Assembly (NCBI GenBank): GCA_051362555.1
Contig: CM120643.1
Coordinates: 15,474,644-15,538,643 of the forward strand
Direction: 5' to 3'
DNA: 64,000 nt
Source: Lingula anatina
Taxonomy: Eukaryota; Animalia; Brachiopoda
In this document: piece by piece, positions 1-12,600 of the stretch
Layout of the letters: each line of letters opens with the position of its first letter
Position numbering within the stretch: position 1 is the stretch's first letter
Notes under the pieces: generated by a model
What the model saw: only the letters and a program-made list of their open reading frames with translations
What the model was told of the DNA's origin: nothing
Database searches by the model: none
Position numbers and translations under genes: made by a program

Positions 1-758
1 TACAACATATTTATCTTTGTCTTTATGTAAGGCAGTCCCTAGCATATGCAGCATTATAATAATTTACCACAGTGTCTAATTGTGAGTTGTGTGCTACCTG
101 TTGACCCAAGGCCAAAAGGTGATCAGTTTTTACAGTCATGAATATTACCAGGTGTGGCCATATGAAAGCCAAAAAAATTTTCATGATACCCCACCCAGTT
201 GCAAATTTGACTTAGACAGAGTGAGGGATCACTGAGACAGAACTTCAATACAGCTACTATCAGAAATGAAAGTAAGTAAATATGACCCTTGTTCTGAGAA
301 AAGCATTTTAATTTTTACATTTGTGATATCTGACACGTATGCGTTTTGTTAGTATGTCACGAAGGGTATTTTTTTTCAAAATCCAATTCAATTTGCTTAG
401 GTTTTCAGGTTATATTTCAGATACTTTTCCAGTGCCTTCTGCTTCTTCTATTTGGCAGTATATTTATTTCATACTTTATGTTTGCTGCAAAGTCACTGCA
501 CACCATTTCATTACCTGCAACTGAAACTTAACTGAACTACTACAGTAAACTGCTACTACTGTAACAGTACTTTCTCTAGATCTGTAATAGTAACTGCTAT
601 TGCAGCTGCATACAATATTAGGTCCTTCTCCAGGAAATAAACTCCATCAAAACATATAAACCATGTATTGTACAGAAGTTTTTTCACAACAAGGTATGCA
701 CAATAAACAAAAACTGAAACTGGAAAATCCTGTTTATTTTCATTGGTGAAATCCTCAC

Positions 759-951
759 CTTTCTTGAAATTGAAATAGATCTGTTGATCAGGCTTTGGTT
801 TTGGCAGTGATACGGGGGTCTCCAGTTCCTCTGCAGGGAACCCCAGGAACCTGTATTCCACAAACAGCTGCTGTACTGCAGGGTTGCTGAGAGCAGATGC
901 CCCCTCCTCTAAGCTCAGGTGAGCTATGGTCACCACTACCGTGTCTGGGTT
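759..951 (-). CDS. RPGRIP1L: RPGRIP1L coding exon 35 (start of C-terminal C2 / RPGR-interacting domain)
   Basis: [64 protein letters not shown]; CAG/GTGAG; 193 nt. Confidence 0.95.
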
Positions 952-3900
952 CTGTACATGAAAAAAAAAACATTTTAATTAAAAAAAATCCTCAATAAGC
1001 ACTTCCTTCCCAAGGTTCATGTGGTAAAATTCCATAGGTTCCCCTGAATGGGTGCGGATTTTCCCTGACCATTAATGGTTACCCAGCATCCACTTGGGTT
1101 AAAGCCATTCAGTGTCCACTTACCCCCTGCACTGATGACCTTGAGGCAGCCCTGGGGGCGGGGGTGATGACCAGTCCTTCACTGTCTGAATCTTCCTCCT
1201 CCTCCTCACCCTCTACTGTCTGCTTGGCACCAGGGATTTCTATTTCATCTTCTAGGGTGGAGTCTGGTGGAAAATATTTAACACATCATTTTTGCTAAAC
1301 AAAAGATATGCGCCAGTTCTTTTGTCTAATCCTGAGCTCTCAACTTGTAGTGTACTTTTAAGTTTTTAAAATCAATTTGTAATGAAATTCTACAGCAATC
1401 AGAAAATCTGAAAAATTAGAAGCACCAGCTTGATGATAAAACGGTATGAAATGAACATTAAATTTTTTTTTTTACAATAGTAAAAGTAGAAATTATCATT
1501 TTGCTTCAGGTTTGCTAATTATTGAATTTTGAAGAAAAGCTGTCAAGGATGGTCACCTTCTTCGTCTTCCTCCTCCTCATCTCTTTCTTCTTCAAACATG
1601 GTGTCTTCAGCACTTTGGGCAGGTTTCCCTTTCTGGATTTTACAGAATTGGAATTGATAAAAATAGACTTAATACACCTACTAGTAAAGTGTGACAATTT
1701 TTAAAAGATGGAATCTAAACAAAGCAATATGATGCACAAGTGACTGTCACCAAATGCCATGAATGAATAAACCAAGATGCTATGTACAAGACCCTTCTGA
1801 ATCAGTCTAATTGTATAGTTTCAATCTCTGCTGGTGATTTTGACTAATCTATATATATATATATATATAAATTCATTATTAGAAATTATAAACTTTATTA
1901 TTTCATTCACCTTGACTTTTTCTCCCAATTCCTGAGCTATCAAGTCATTAGCATCTTCTGATTCTTCTTCCTCCTCATCTTCTTCATCTTCTTCTTCTTC
2001 GTCTTCTGCAGCTTTAAGAATACGGAATAAGACATTGATGTAGAAGTCTGAATAAGTCATTTTCTAATTGGCCAAAAACAATGAGATCTACAACTTGTGT
2101 GACCCACAAGAGTGGAACTGTAATATAACTATATTAACCCATCTACAGGTTTTTGTATTTCAGACTTGGCATTTTAAAATTAAGGTCTCACAACTCCCAG
2201 TCCGACTATAAAAGAAATTTCACACTCTGGCAAAGAAATTGATAATTATAAGTAAAATACAATCTTTGTCATTGCATAAATGCCACCCTTGCTTCGACTT
2301 AATCAAATTGTTTATGATGAAGTGAAAAAATTCAAAATATACATAATCATTTTCATGTAAGAATTGCATAAAGTAAAATAAAAACATTCCTATAATATCA
2401 TCAGAAAGAAATGAGGATTTTCCCTTTTCAGCAGCTGAAATAATAAGACAGGATTAGGTGTTAGTTTCTTACACACAAAACTAAAGTGCTATGCTATATC
2501 ATGAAATATCACATGAAAATCTGTCTCACCAGCCGACAGGTTAAACTCGGGGAGCTAATTGTAGCCAAATATGCCACTGCTGTATATCACAACAAAACAG
2601 AAAGTCACACATAAATCCTGAATGTCAGGAAATGCCATGATGAAATGGCATGAAGTACTCACAGTGAGATTGTAACAAATGTGATATGATTTAAATGTTT
2701 TAAATTTATTATTATAATAACTAATTAAAAAGCATTTTTAGCCCGATTGTCAATGAAAGTGACTGCTTTCAACCAATAACACACTATGTTAGTCCAGAGC
2801 ATCTAATATCACTCTTAACTTGGTTGTTTTCCTTTTTGCATCAAAACCAATTAGCCTAAGATTATTTTTTTTAATCCACACGTGATGAGATAACTATCAC
2901 ATCAGCAGTGATATTCACATACACTCCTAAATAAAAACTAAAATGAAAATATCCTAATGAGATTATAATCCACTTTTTAAGAGAAAATGTTATATCAAGT
3001 TCACTGCACCACAGCCATACAAATACCTTGTAAAATATCCTTCACTCCTGGAGGCTCTGGCTTCTGTTGACCTTTTTTACCTACAGCTGATAATAAATAT
3101 CTGATTCAAATCCATCCTTATTCTCACATATTTGAGTGATATCACATTTATTTTTGCAACTCCTTAGTCTTTGAGTCACTTCTGAGAAAACAAAATATCT
3201 TGCCCTAATAATATTTTGTTGTGTAAAGTGAATATGATATGATGAAAGTTTAAGAGATCTTTTAAGTTATCAAGTACTGTGGTCAATACTCCCCCCCCCC
3301 CCTTCCAAACAGGAACACATTCAAGAGCAATCTGTGCAGGATTCATTGAATCATGATGAAAAACCCACTCAGTTTAAAATACAATCACCACAATAAAGTA
3401 CACTTCAAACAGACAACATCATAAAAAACTGGAAAAAATAATGATAAGACATATAACCAGTCACTTTCACAACAAATGTGCATCTTTGTCTCTGTTTAAA
3501 ACCAATTCATCTGAAGGTGAAGTGAAAATTTGCTGTTTATCCCAAAACATGCCAATCTTTCAATGAACACAGCTGTGCCATATTTTTACTCGTCAAGCCA
3601 AAACACACATAATTCACCAACTTTCACCTTTCTCTGTAAAAAGATTTTTTGATGCTTTCTTTTTGACAGGCTCTTTGCTTTGGTCAGTCCTTATTTTTCT
3701 TTTCACATTTTCCAGAACTGTGTCCTCTTCTTTAAATGAGAGAATAATGAGTAAATAATACTTATCGGCAAATCTAACACCCAATTTTAATATATCAGAA
3801 AGTAGTCTTGCCTTGAATAGGAATTGGATATATCAAACTGTTCACTTAGTTTAGCAATTACTGAAAATATTCAACTTAAATTTGTCCTCATAGTGCAACT

Positions 3901-5652
3901 TGCATTAATTTGCGCACCCACACACAGCAAATTACTGCATAAGAAAGGAACATTAAATGGCTTATCATTCAGACACTTGAAATTATCAATAGGCACTGAT
4001 CAAAGGTCATGCCACCCAAAAATAAACAGAAAATTTCTATTTGAAGACATTCTTGCTTTTTTTTTTTTTTTTTTCAAAACACACTTTCCAACACTGCAGA
4101 TGACATCCAAAACATCGGTATCAAATATAAAATATAAATTGAGAATCACGAAACAAAAATACACCAATAGATACTGAACAAGAGAAGCATTAACCTAAAT
4201 TAAAATGAGATAACTGTGTACATGTTTTCGTCAATTGGAGGAGTAAAGTCAAAATAACAATGGTTATTCAAACATCCAAGCACACATTATTATTGGACAC
4301 AAAACCACACGAGCAGCACCTTCAGTCAGTGATTCAATAGATTTATCAGTTTCATCTTCTTCCATAGTCCTATCAGCATCAGGTGTGACCTTGACCTTTG
4401 ACCTTGATGCAACCTTGACCTCTGACCCTGACTCTCCTTGGACTTTTGCCAGTTGGCGTCTCACTGGAGCAGGGGGTGCTGAAACTTTATTATATCTAGA
4501 TCTGAAGCCTCTTTTTCCTATCTTGGTAAGGAATGTTCACCAGTGAAGGATATATAATACAAATGATAGACTCCCAGTTTTCATTATCACCCAACCAGTT
4601 TAAGGGTGCTAATGTATCATACATGCTGATGAAACAGAGGTTGGCTTCCAGAAAACTGAAATATAGGTCCACTGTTAAGGTCATGATGTCTTACCAATGT
4701 CAGAACACTTAATTGGAGCACAAATCTGTTGTAACGTTTAAACATGAAATGTATGACACAAACCTAGGTCATGACCTAGTTCCTTACCTTCCATCTCCTC
4801 CTCAGCTATATCCTCAGGCTTGTCTTGTTGCCCTCCACCTGTAGTACCACCTGCCACCACTCCTTCACCTAGCAACAACATGCAAATTAAGCATGCAACC
4901 AAGCAACAACATATAAGCATGCACATGCACCAGCACACCTACCTATGTGTGTATATACCACTGATGCTGACTTTTCATTCTCAACTACGTTTTTCTCAAA
5001 TAGTCCAAAACAGAATTATCTTCCTAAAGAAAAACTGAAATCTTGTTTCTTTTCTTTCTTTCTTTTTTTTTTTTTTTTTTTTCGTTGTCAAAAAGTCCAA
5101 ATGGTACAGAGATTTCCCATGGTATCATGTTGTGTGATAATTTGAGGTGTATTAAGACAACTGGTTAAATTGGGACTTAACTAGATAACCACTTAAATGC
5201 CAAACAAATAATAAAGCTTGGTCAATGACATTTTGTAAATATATTCAGTTACTAGACACCATTTCTGCTTTAGGGCAGTAGATTCATAAGTAGCTTTTGT
5301 GTGTGTTTTTTTAATATACAAAACAAGTTCTACATGTTGGTTCTATTGTAAGTTTAAATCATCACTCTCATTATGTAACAAAAGTTTTGGCAAAATTTAG
5401 TTCTTGGTTAAGTTATCCATCCCATTCTTCCCACAACATAACATGCAACAATGTGTATGTCTAAGTCTAAACATGGCAACCAAGGTTAAGCCAGCATATA
5501 TTCTACTAGTTCTAGCAAATAAATAAATAAGCCACAAATCTAAATCCAATTTTCTAAACCATCCTTAGCAATGTGATGTGCATTCAACAGCAAGTATCTC
5601 ATGCTTAATTTCTGATAAAAAAAATAGGCAAAAAAAAAAAAATTAATAATAA

Positions 5653-5687
<35 letters not shown>

Positions 5688-8600
5688 AATAATAATAATA
5701 ATATATAAATCTGACTTACTGGAGAGTTCTGACACTTCTGACATATCCTCCTCTTCCTCATCAACAGTTTTAGGGGTTGTCTGGTCAGTGTCAGGATGTC
5801 CCCGGGGGAGTGGGGTGGGTTTGGTGGGCGTGGCCTTCTCTGGTGGGTGCCTGGTGGGTTTTTCTGGAGGAACTGGGTGATGTCTCTCTGGGGGCTGAGG
5901 AGGGTGTGGCTGAGGAGGGTGGGGCTGCTTGACTGGGGTTTCTACATCATCAGCAAAACCCACATGGTCTTTTTTCTTCCTTGGTGCTGCCAGGGGTTCC
6001 TTGATCAGAAGAATTCAGGTTGTTTAATATCAGAACTAAAGAGTGTACATGAAGACTGAAACAATTTCCCCTTTATCAGTCTTGCTTTTAAAACAGTTAG
6101 TATAAATTTATCCTAGCTTCTTCTTACATTTTAAACTCGATATACATTTCAGAACTTTCAGTTCCCTTATTTCTCTCTTTTTGGTATTTTCCCACCAAGG
6201 AAGCAGATGTTCAAGTTCAGCTAAAAAGTTGAAGTTAAAAAATCTCATTTTTGGTTGTTTGGTAGGATGATTTCTGAATTCACAATCCTACTATGACCTA
6301 CTCCCTCCTTTACCAATGTATCTCCCATGCTATTATCCAAGGACTGGAGTGGTCTCCCTTGGTCCCGGGCTGCCGGGAGTGGTGTGGAAGCTGCAGCCGG
6401 CCCTCTACTGCCTGGAGGCTTAGGTGTCTTCAGTATGCTGTGGGGTGCAGCTGCAATCACTGGACTGGCCACTGTCAGGTCCTCTCCTGTCAGCAGAGGC
6501 ACCTTCTCTGGCTTCATGGGGGTGGTGGCAAGGATCTGGGAATGAATGAGGTCATGTCTTTGTTACAATGGTGATAGTAATGAGCTGTTCAGTACTGTAT
6601 TGTATCATACAGTACAGTATTTCATGTATTGTATTATATTGTACTGTATTGTATCGTATCAAATTTTATTGTATTGAGATGCATCACATTGTATCGTTTT
6701 GTATTGTATTGAATCGTATTGTAAGAACTTCCCCTGCCTTACCTGTGCTGGTGTCTTGGTAGATATACTGGGAGGCAGATAGGTATACTGCCATTTGAGC
6801 TGAACATCCACTGTTCCATTGACTGTACCATCAGGCTGGAAATTTCTCAAGATTCTCATATTTCATGCATCAATTTTATACAAACTTAAAGCAATAATAA
6901 CTCTTCCTTTGAGATTCAAAATTCCGCATGAAATACATTTTAAACAACGCATGGAAATATATTCTATCGTATTTTACCACTAAAACGGCCGTTATTGGAG
7001 TAAAACTAAAATCTGTGCTTGTCAATGGGGCTTTCGATGCCCAGTCATCAAGGCATTCGTTGCTAATGACGTAATGGTGTCACGTGGATTCTCGCGTTCA
7101 TTCGAGACCAAAATAACATGGCGCCAAACACATTAATGCGGACGCAGACGTAAGTTGCGAGTTTTTGTACAGTGCGTCGGATAACGAAAAGCCCAGAATG
7201 GCACACATTGTGGATATAAATGCATTTTTAACAAAAAGACGAATATATCTCATGAATCTTATATAGTGTTGTTGTTGTCTGCTTTTCCCGCGGTTTTAAG
7301 TAGGTCACCAGTGACTTTGCAATGTCAGAGAGAGCTCCGTCAGTTAAAATCTCTTAAGAGATTTTAACAAAAAAACGTACGTTAAGGAAAAAAACCCTGG
7401 ATTAACTATGAATGCAGGAATGGGGTCGTTGACCACTGGTAAGTACGGGAAAATTGCCGTTTTTTCCAGGAAAATTCAATTTTTGGCCAAAACGAAGAGT
7501 TATTATGACTTTAACTGAGAAGGAAAGAGCAATATATATATATCCAAAATTGAAAAGATAATTCACAACAAGGTTATATACTGACTTAAATTAATTTGAC
7601 TTTTATACAAATATGATATTTATAGATATGAATTTGATGACCAAGCATAAAGGGATACCATCAAAAATGCAATACAACTCTGTCATAACATATCATATTT
7701 CCTATTGGCTGTTCATGTATCTTACAGTCATCAATTCTTCTTTTCTACCTATGACCACCTTAAAAATATTAAATTCTCTGAAATGCACATCTGAAGTCCA
7801 CATTATAAACAGCTATCCAGTCATTAGACTAAAAGACATCAAGACAGCCCACTAGCTAACATCCTGCCTCCTAAAATAAAAACGAGTTTTTCAACTCACT
7901 GCATGGAGTTCAAATATCCCCTTGATGGCTTTATCATGTGACAGGGGCAGAAGTGGAACAGAGGCCATGCCAAGATAAGCTGCCTCCTCTGGATCTGTGT
8001 CGTCAAATACATACACTTGCAGATGCTGTAATATAGATTTTATATCATATAGGCTAAATTATAAACACAGAACTAGAGGGCACTCCAAGAGCATGTGCAT
8101 CTTCTAATGCTTATACTACATTTTAGCTTAATACTCTTCAACAGAAAATAAGTCCATCATTAAATGCTAAGACGGAATCTCTTTCCCTACAAAAAATATT
8201 AATCTATTTTCATAATTTCATATCTTACTTATTTTGTGACAAAATGTTACAATATTAGATTTGGCAAAGACATGCTAGAGCAACACGTGTCCAATATACC
8301 TGTGACTTGAGATAGATGTCTAAATCAGCTGTCATTGGAACAGGGAATGTCCGGTGGTCATTGAAGTTTGGATTATTGCTACTCTGTACAATGGATGTGT
8401 CATGGTCAGGAAAGTCAAAGAACTTGTACACCACATATGGTGATGGCTGTACTTCTGGAAGAAATGTAAATAATGAAAATTAATTTTAGATTTCATAGAT
8501 CAAAATTAAACTGTATAATGATGATGATACCTCATGTCATACTGAACTGCAGGTATTACTATTATTCAAAAATATTCAACAGAGACGTTTTTTATTAAAA

Positions 8601-9635
8601 GTTTTTCTTTTAATTACACTAAATAACATAAAAATATATCTCCTCCCAAATTGTGCTCATGGATGATGCCTCTAACCATTTAGCATTTCAGGAATGTAAT
8701 TTTTTATGATGGTTTAAAACTTTGAATATATCAGTCAAAAATTGAAGTGATTTTCCCCAATTCCCATTAACTATACATAATTTGCCAAGTTACCTTTAGA
8801 AACACTTCAAGACTTTTTCCAATTAAAATCAGAAGTAAATTTTTTTAAAACTAACTAAAAAATCTTAATTTCAGTAAAACAGTACCTCCTCTCCTGGCCT
8901 TGACCCCTGTGCACTTGAGGACCTTGACATGGAGTTCGTTGACATTGTCCTCGGCTCTGTTGACACTGCTGTCATCCAGCGTCTTCAGGGCCGTCTCCGT
9001 GGCTCTGACATTGGATTCTATGTAACCCAAGGCCTTGGTTCTTTCCTAAATTAAATAAATACACCTTAAATGAAATACATGCATGTCCAATAACTATGAA
9101 CATATTTACATACTTGCATGTACACACCAACTAAAATCAGAAAGTAGCCACTACCTGTCTAACTTTTGAGAAGAGAAGACCCAGATGAGTATTTCACATA
9201 CATGTGTTTCTGGACCACTCAGCAGTAAGGTTTGTGTGGCATCCATTCATGTTTGGCACTAGTGTATACCATGCACATCTCACAGACTAGAAAACCTACC
9301 TTGTATAATCTCAGTGCCTGGTCCATAGGTACCTTCAGCCTGACCCAGTAGTCCAAGGTACCATAGAGCAAACCCACTGCACCCTCACCCACTCCTGGAA
9401 ATATAGAGACATACACATTTGGTAACATTATCCATGCTAACTTCTATCTGTCTCACCCCCACCCCTTCACACGCCTGTATTTTTAGTTTAGGATGCCATA
9501 TACCATAACCAAAATACCCTCTCCCTGACTGGAAATATATAGATAATAATATCTAGTCAGACACAGGTTATGTTATCAATACTTCCCTTAATCTCTCTCT
9601 CTCTGTCTCTCAATCACACACATAAAAAGATATTA

Positions 9636-9672
<37 letters not shown>

Positions 9673-12600
9673 GGAGAGAGACCCATGCAGATGGTCAGGC
9701 TGGCATGCATGCATGCACGCACGCACACACGCACACACACACACTCCAGGTGTACCTGCTAGCTGTATGGAGCCGTGCACGCGGCCGTGTGGTTTGTCAA
9801 AGATGTCTCTAAACTTGAGCTGGCCAGCAGCTACAGTCTGATAGTTTGTGCCAAACGCTTGGTGAAGTTCTACTGTGGTAGAATCCTGGCAGTAACAAAT
9901 ACATAAATACATATTTAAACATAAGGAAATCACAAATGAATACTTAATTTTCTTATTGTCTGCCTAAAGTGACTTTTTTATTAGCAGTTTGGTAAAAATT
10001 TTAAAATTAATTTGTTAAAACATGAGAACACACAACAGAAGTGACATTTACCTTAGTTGGCATTGAGATAAGGTTAATTTAAAGACTCATTTCTCAGACT
10101 ATGTTCATGCTCTCCTTTGGAAATTTATATGTATTAAATTTAAAGATAACAATATAGAGTACCAGATTGTACACTAAAGAAGGTAAAAAAATTCAAACCA
10201 GTATTTAGATTTGGGAACTGGAAGCATCTAATTTTCACAATTCATCTCACTGCATTGACTAGCAAATAATAATGTGATATTAAATGGTGATCATTAAAAG
10301 TTCACTTACCTTTTGTACATAATGCAAGAAGAAATCATCCACTTTTACCACAAACTGGTATGTGAACTCAAAGTCTGCACTGTGAGAGGAAAAAATACAA
10401 TCATTATATAATTTTGGCACTTTTCCGAATTCTCATTCAGAACATTATAAGGTGTTTTGAAAGTCTTGATATACAAACTTAAACTTTGTCTGAATATTGT
10501 CTGAATAAGTGTGGGTTAAAATGTGAGAAACTAAAAATACTCTTAACCCAATAAAAGAAAGGGGAAAATTATGTAAAGTTTGACAAATATTATTAGAAGC
10601 AAATAAAAATGTTGGATTTAAAAATTGTTTAAAGTTAAAACAATTTTATATTTATAATAAATACTTAAAATTTTCAAAATCTTCACTTCTTTAACAATAT
10701 AATTTTTTCCAAGATCTAGTAATCTTTGACACTCAAAAAAATCATTCACCTTTGGACATGAAGACAAACTTTTTAATGCTTTTGAACTACCAACATATTC
10801 CAGAATGGTTAACAAAACATTTTGGGAAAATGTTCAATTCACATTGTTTGAGTTTATTAGATAATTGCAATATAGCCATTATGCCTAGCAGCACACTTAC
10901 CCATAAATAACTGTAAACAAACAACTAGTCAGATACTTACACTGCCCCCTTCATCACAGCAGTGGACTGGGTATCAAACTCATAAAAATCATAGGTACAG
11001 AATATAGATGGCGCCTCGTCACCCAGTTGTTTCAGCCCCTCAGAACTGAGAGTGACCTGATTTTAAGAGAAAGCAGACAATAAGACAGTTTTGTTTTCTC
11101 TTTAAGAGTAACAATAATCTTCACTAAATTAAATGAATGGTATGGAATTTTGGATGCAACATAGCAATAGTGAATCTACAATGGACTATTTCTTTCAGCA
11201 GTTTCAGTCCAATTTTGAGCTTTCTACAAATGATTCATCATAAAATTGAGCTTAACTAGGTCCAACTCTACAACTAAGTCCAAAAATCACCTCACTAGTA
11301 CTCTTTAATACTCTTCAAGAGTTTTTACTCTGACTTCCATTGAAGGGGACAAGCAATTCTTTTCCCTCACACATTTTGACCAAACTTGCTGAACTTTAAG
11401 AAAACAACTCTTTTACTTTGAAGATGGCATACTAATTGCTCCTCAACAATTACACAATTAACACTATGTTCCAAAGAGTCTCCCCTTTCCTGCTCAAACA
11501 ATGGCTTCCTGACTGCTAGTCATCTTCACCTGACCACATGGAAAGTCTGTAAACCAAATTTGGTCTAAATGTGTGAGAGAATTATTATTATTATGTGGAT
11601 TGAATGGACAATGAATGGTGTATCAAATCTGGACAGTTGTTTCCTGTCGGGAGATGACTGTATGTCAAAGCTGGATGCAATATGGACATGGCAGCTTGGG
11701 GGCACAACTGCAGGGACCTCTGGTGGTAGGGTGTGTGCTTCTGACCTGCCGCCTGGTGTAGCACCCATAAACAAACAAACACTCACTCACACCAGCCTTC
11801 CAGTTACCTTAGAGATGTGTATTTCAAAGAGATTCTCTCCTCTCTGCAAATGCAGGCTCTCGTCAAATTCCTCAACTTCAGACTGGAAAAAGAAAAGGAA
11901 AAAAATTGATATATTTTTCCTAACACTAGATGCCCAATGACTGGTGCTTGTATGTGAAATTGCTATTCAATGACTAGTTGTACAGAAAATGTAGCAAAAT
12001 GCACTAGAGCTCTTAATGCAAAAAGACAGTGAAATATTACAGTCAAAAGTCACATGCTGTAAATGTCCTTGAAAAATGAGTTTTGAATGAACAGAAAATA
12101 GTAAGTTGATAATGGCTGCACAGGAGATTATGTGGACAAGATATCTTAAAAAGTCCATCACAAGTTTTCAGGATAGACAGCTATTCATGTTAGAATGAAC
12201 TGATTACAATTTCAATTGAATTCAGGTTTTCTTCATTTTTAAAGGATTCTTATTCATTGGCAGAGTTCTCTGTAGTTAGCAATCATTTCCTTACCTCTTC
12301 CATTCCTTCCTCTCTGGGAGGTATTCTGTACTGCCTGGTGCCATAGGCAATGTCCTTCAGCTGAGACTCTAATTTCTGTAAAAAGAAATAGATAATCGTT
12401 ATTAATTAAAATATAAAAGCAACTATCTTTTTAACACAGTCTTTTAAGCAATCACAAAAGAAAAACAAATGAGGTCTCAGTTAATGAGGTCTCAGTTAAT
12501 CATATTCTCCTAAGATGATTTTCTAGGTGAATGTGCAAAACAAGGTCTTTTAAAATAAGCAACTAAGGCCCATTTTTCAAAAACAAAACTAGCATCTTTG

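Noticed and set aside
1-758. Remaining RPGRIP1L C-terminal exons, and the tail of ORF 556..936
   Set aside because: No phase-1 exon with RID-like peptide found; the ORF tail is intron read-through past the GTGAG donor at 758.
2530-2579. Possible extra exon (CAG...GTGAGA)
   Set aside because: 50 nt gives phase 1 to 0, breaking the frame; other frames contain stops. It looks more like a small hairpin or repeat remnant.
11565-11790. GC-richer intronic block with overlapping ORFs and a CTCF-like CCACCAGAGGTCCC
   Set aside because: No compatible donor, flanking exons join cleanly inside the C2 domain, and the CTCF match is imperfect and isolated.
12468-12500. 15-bp tandem duplication GAGGTCTCAGTTAAT x2 (similar 11-bp case at 28220-28241)
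   Set aside because: Ordinary slippage duplication with no functional sign.
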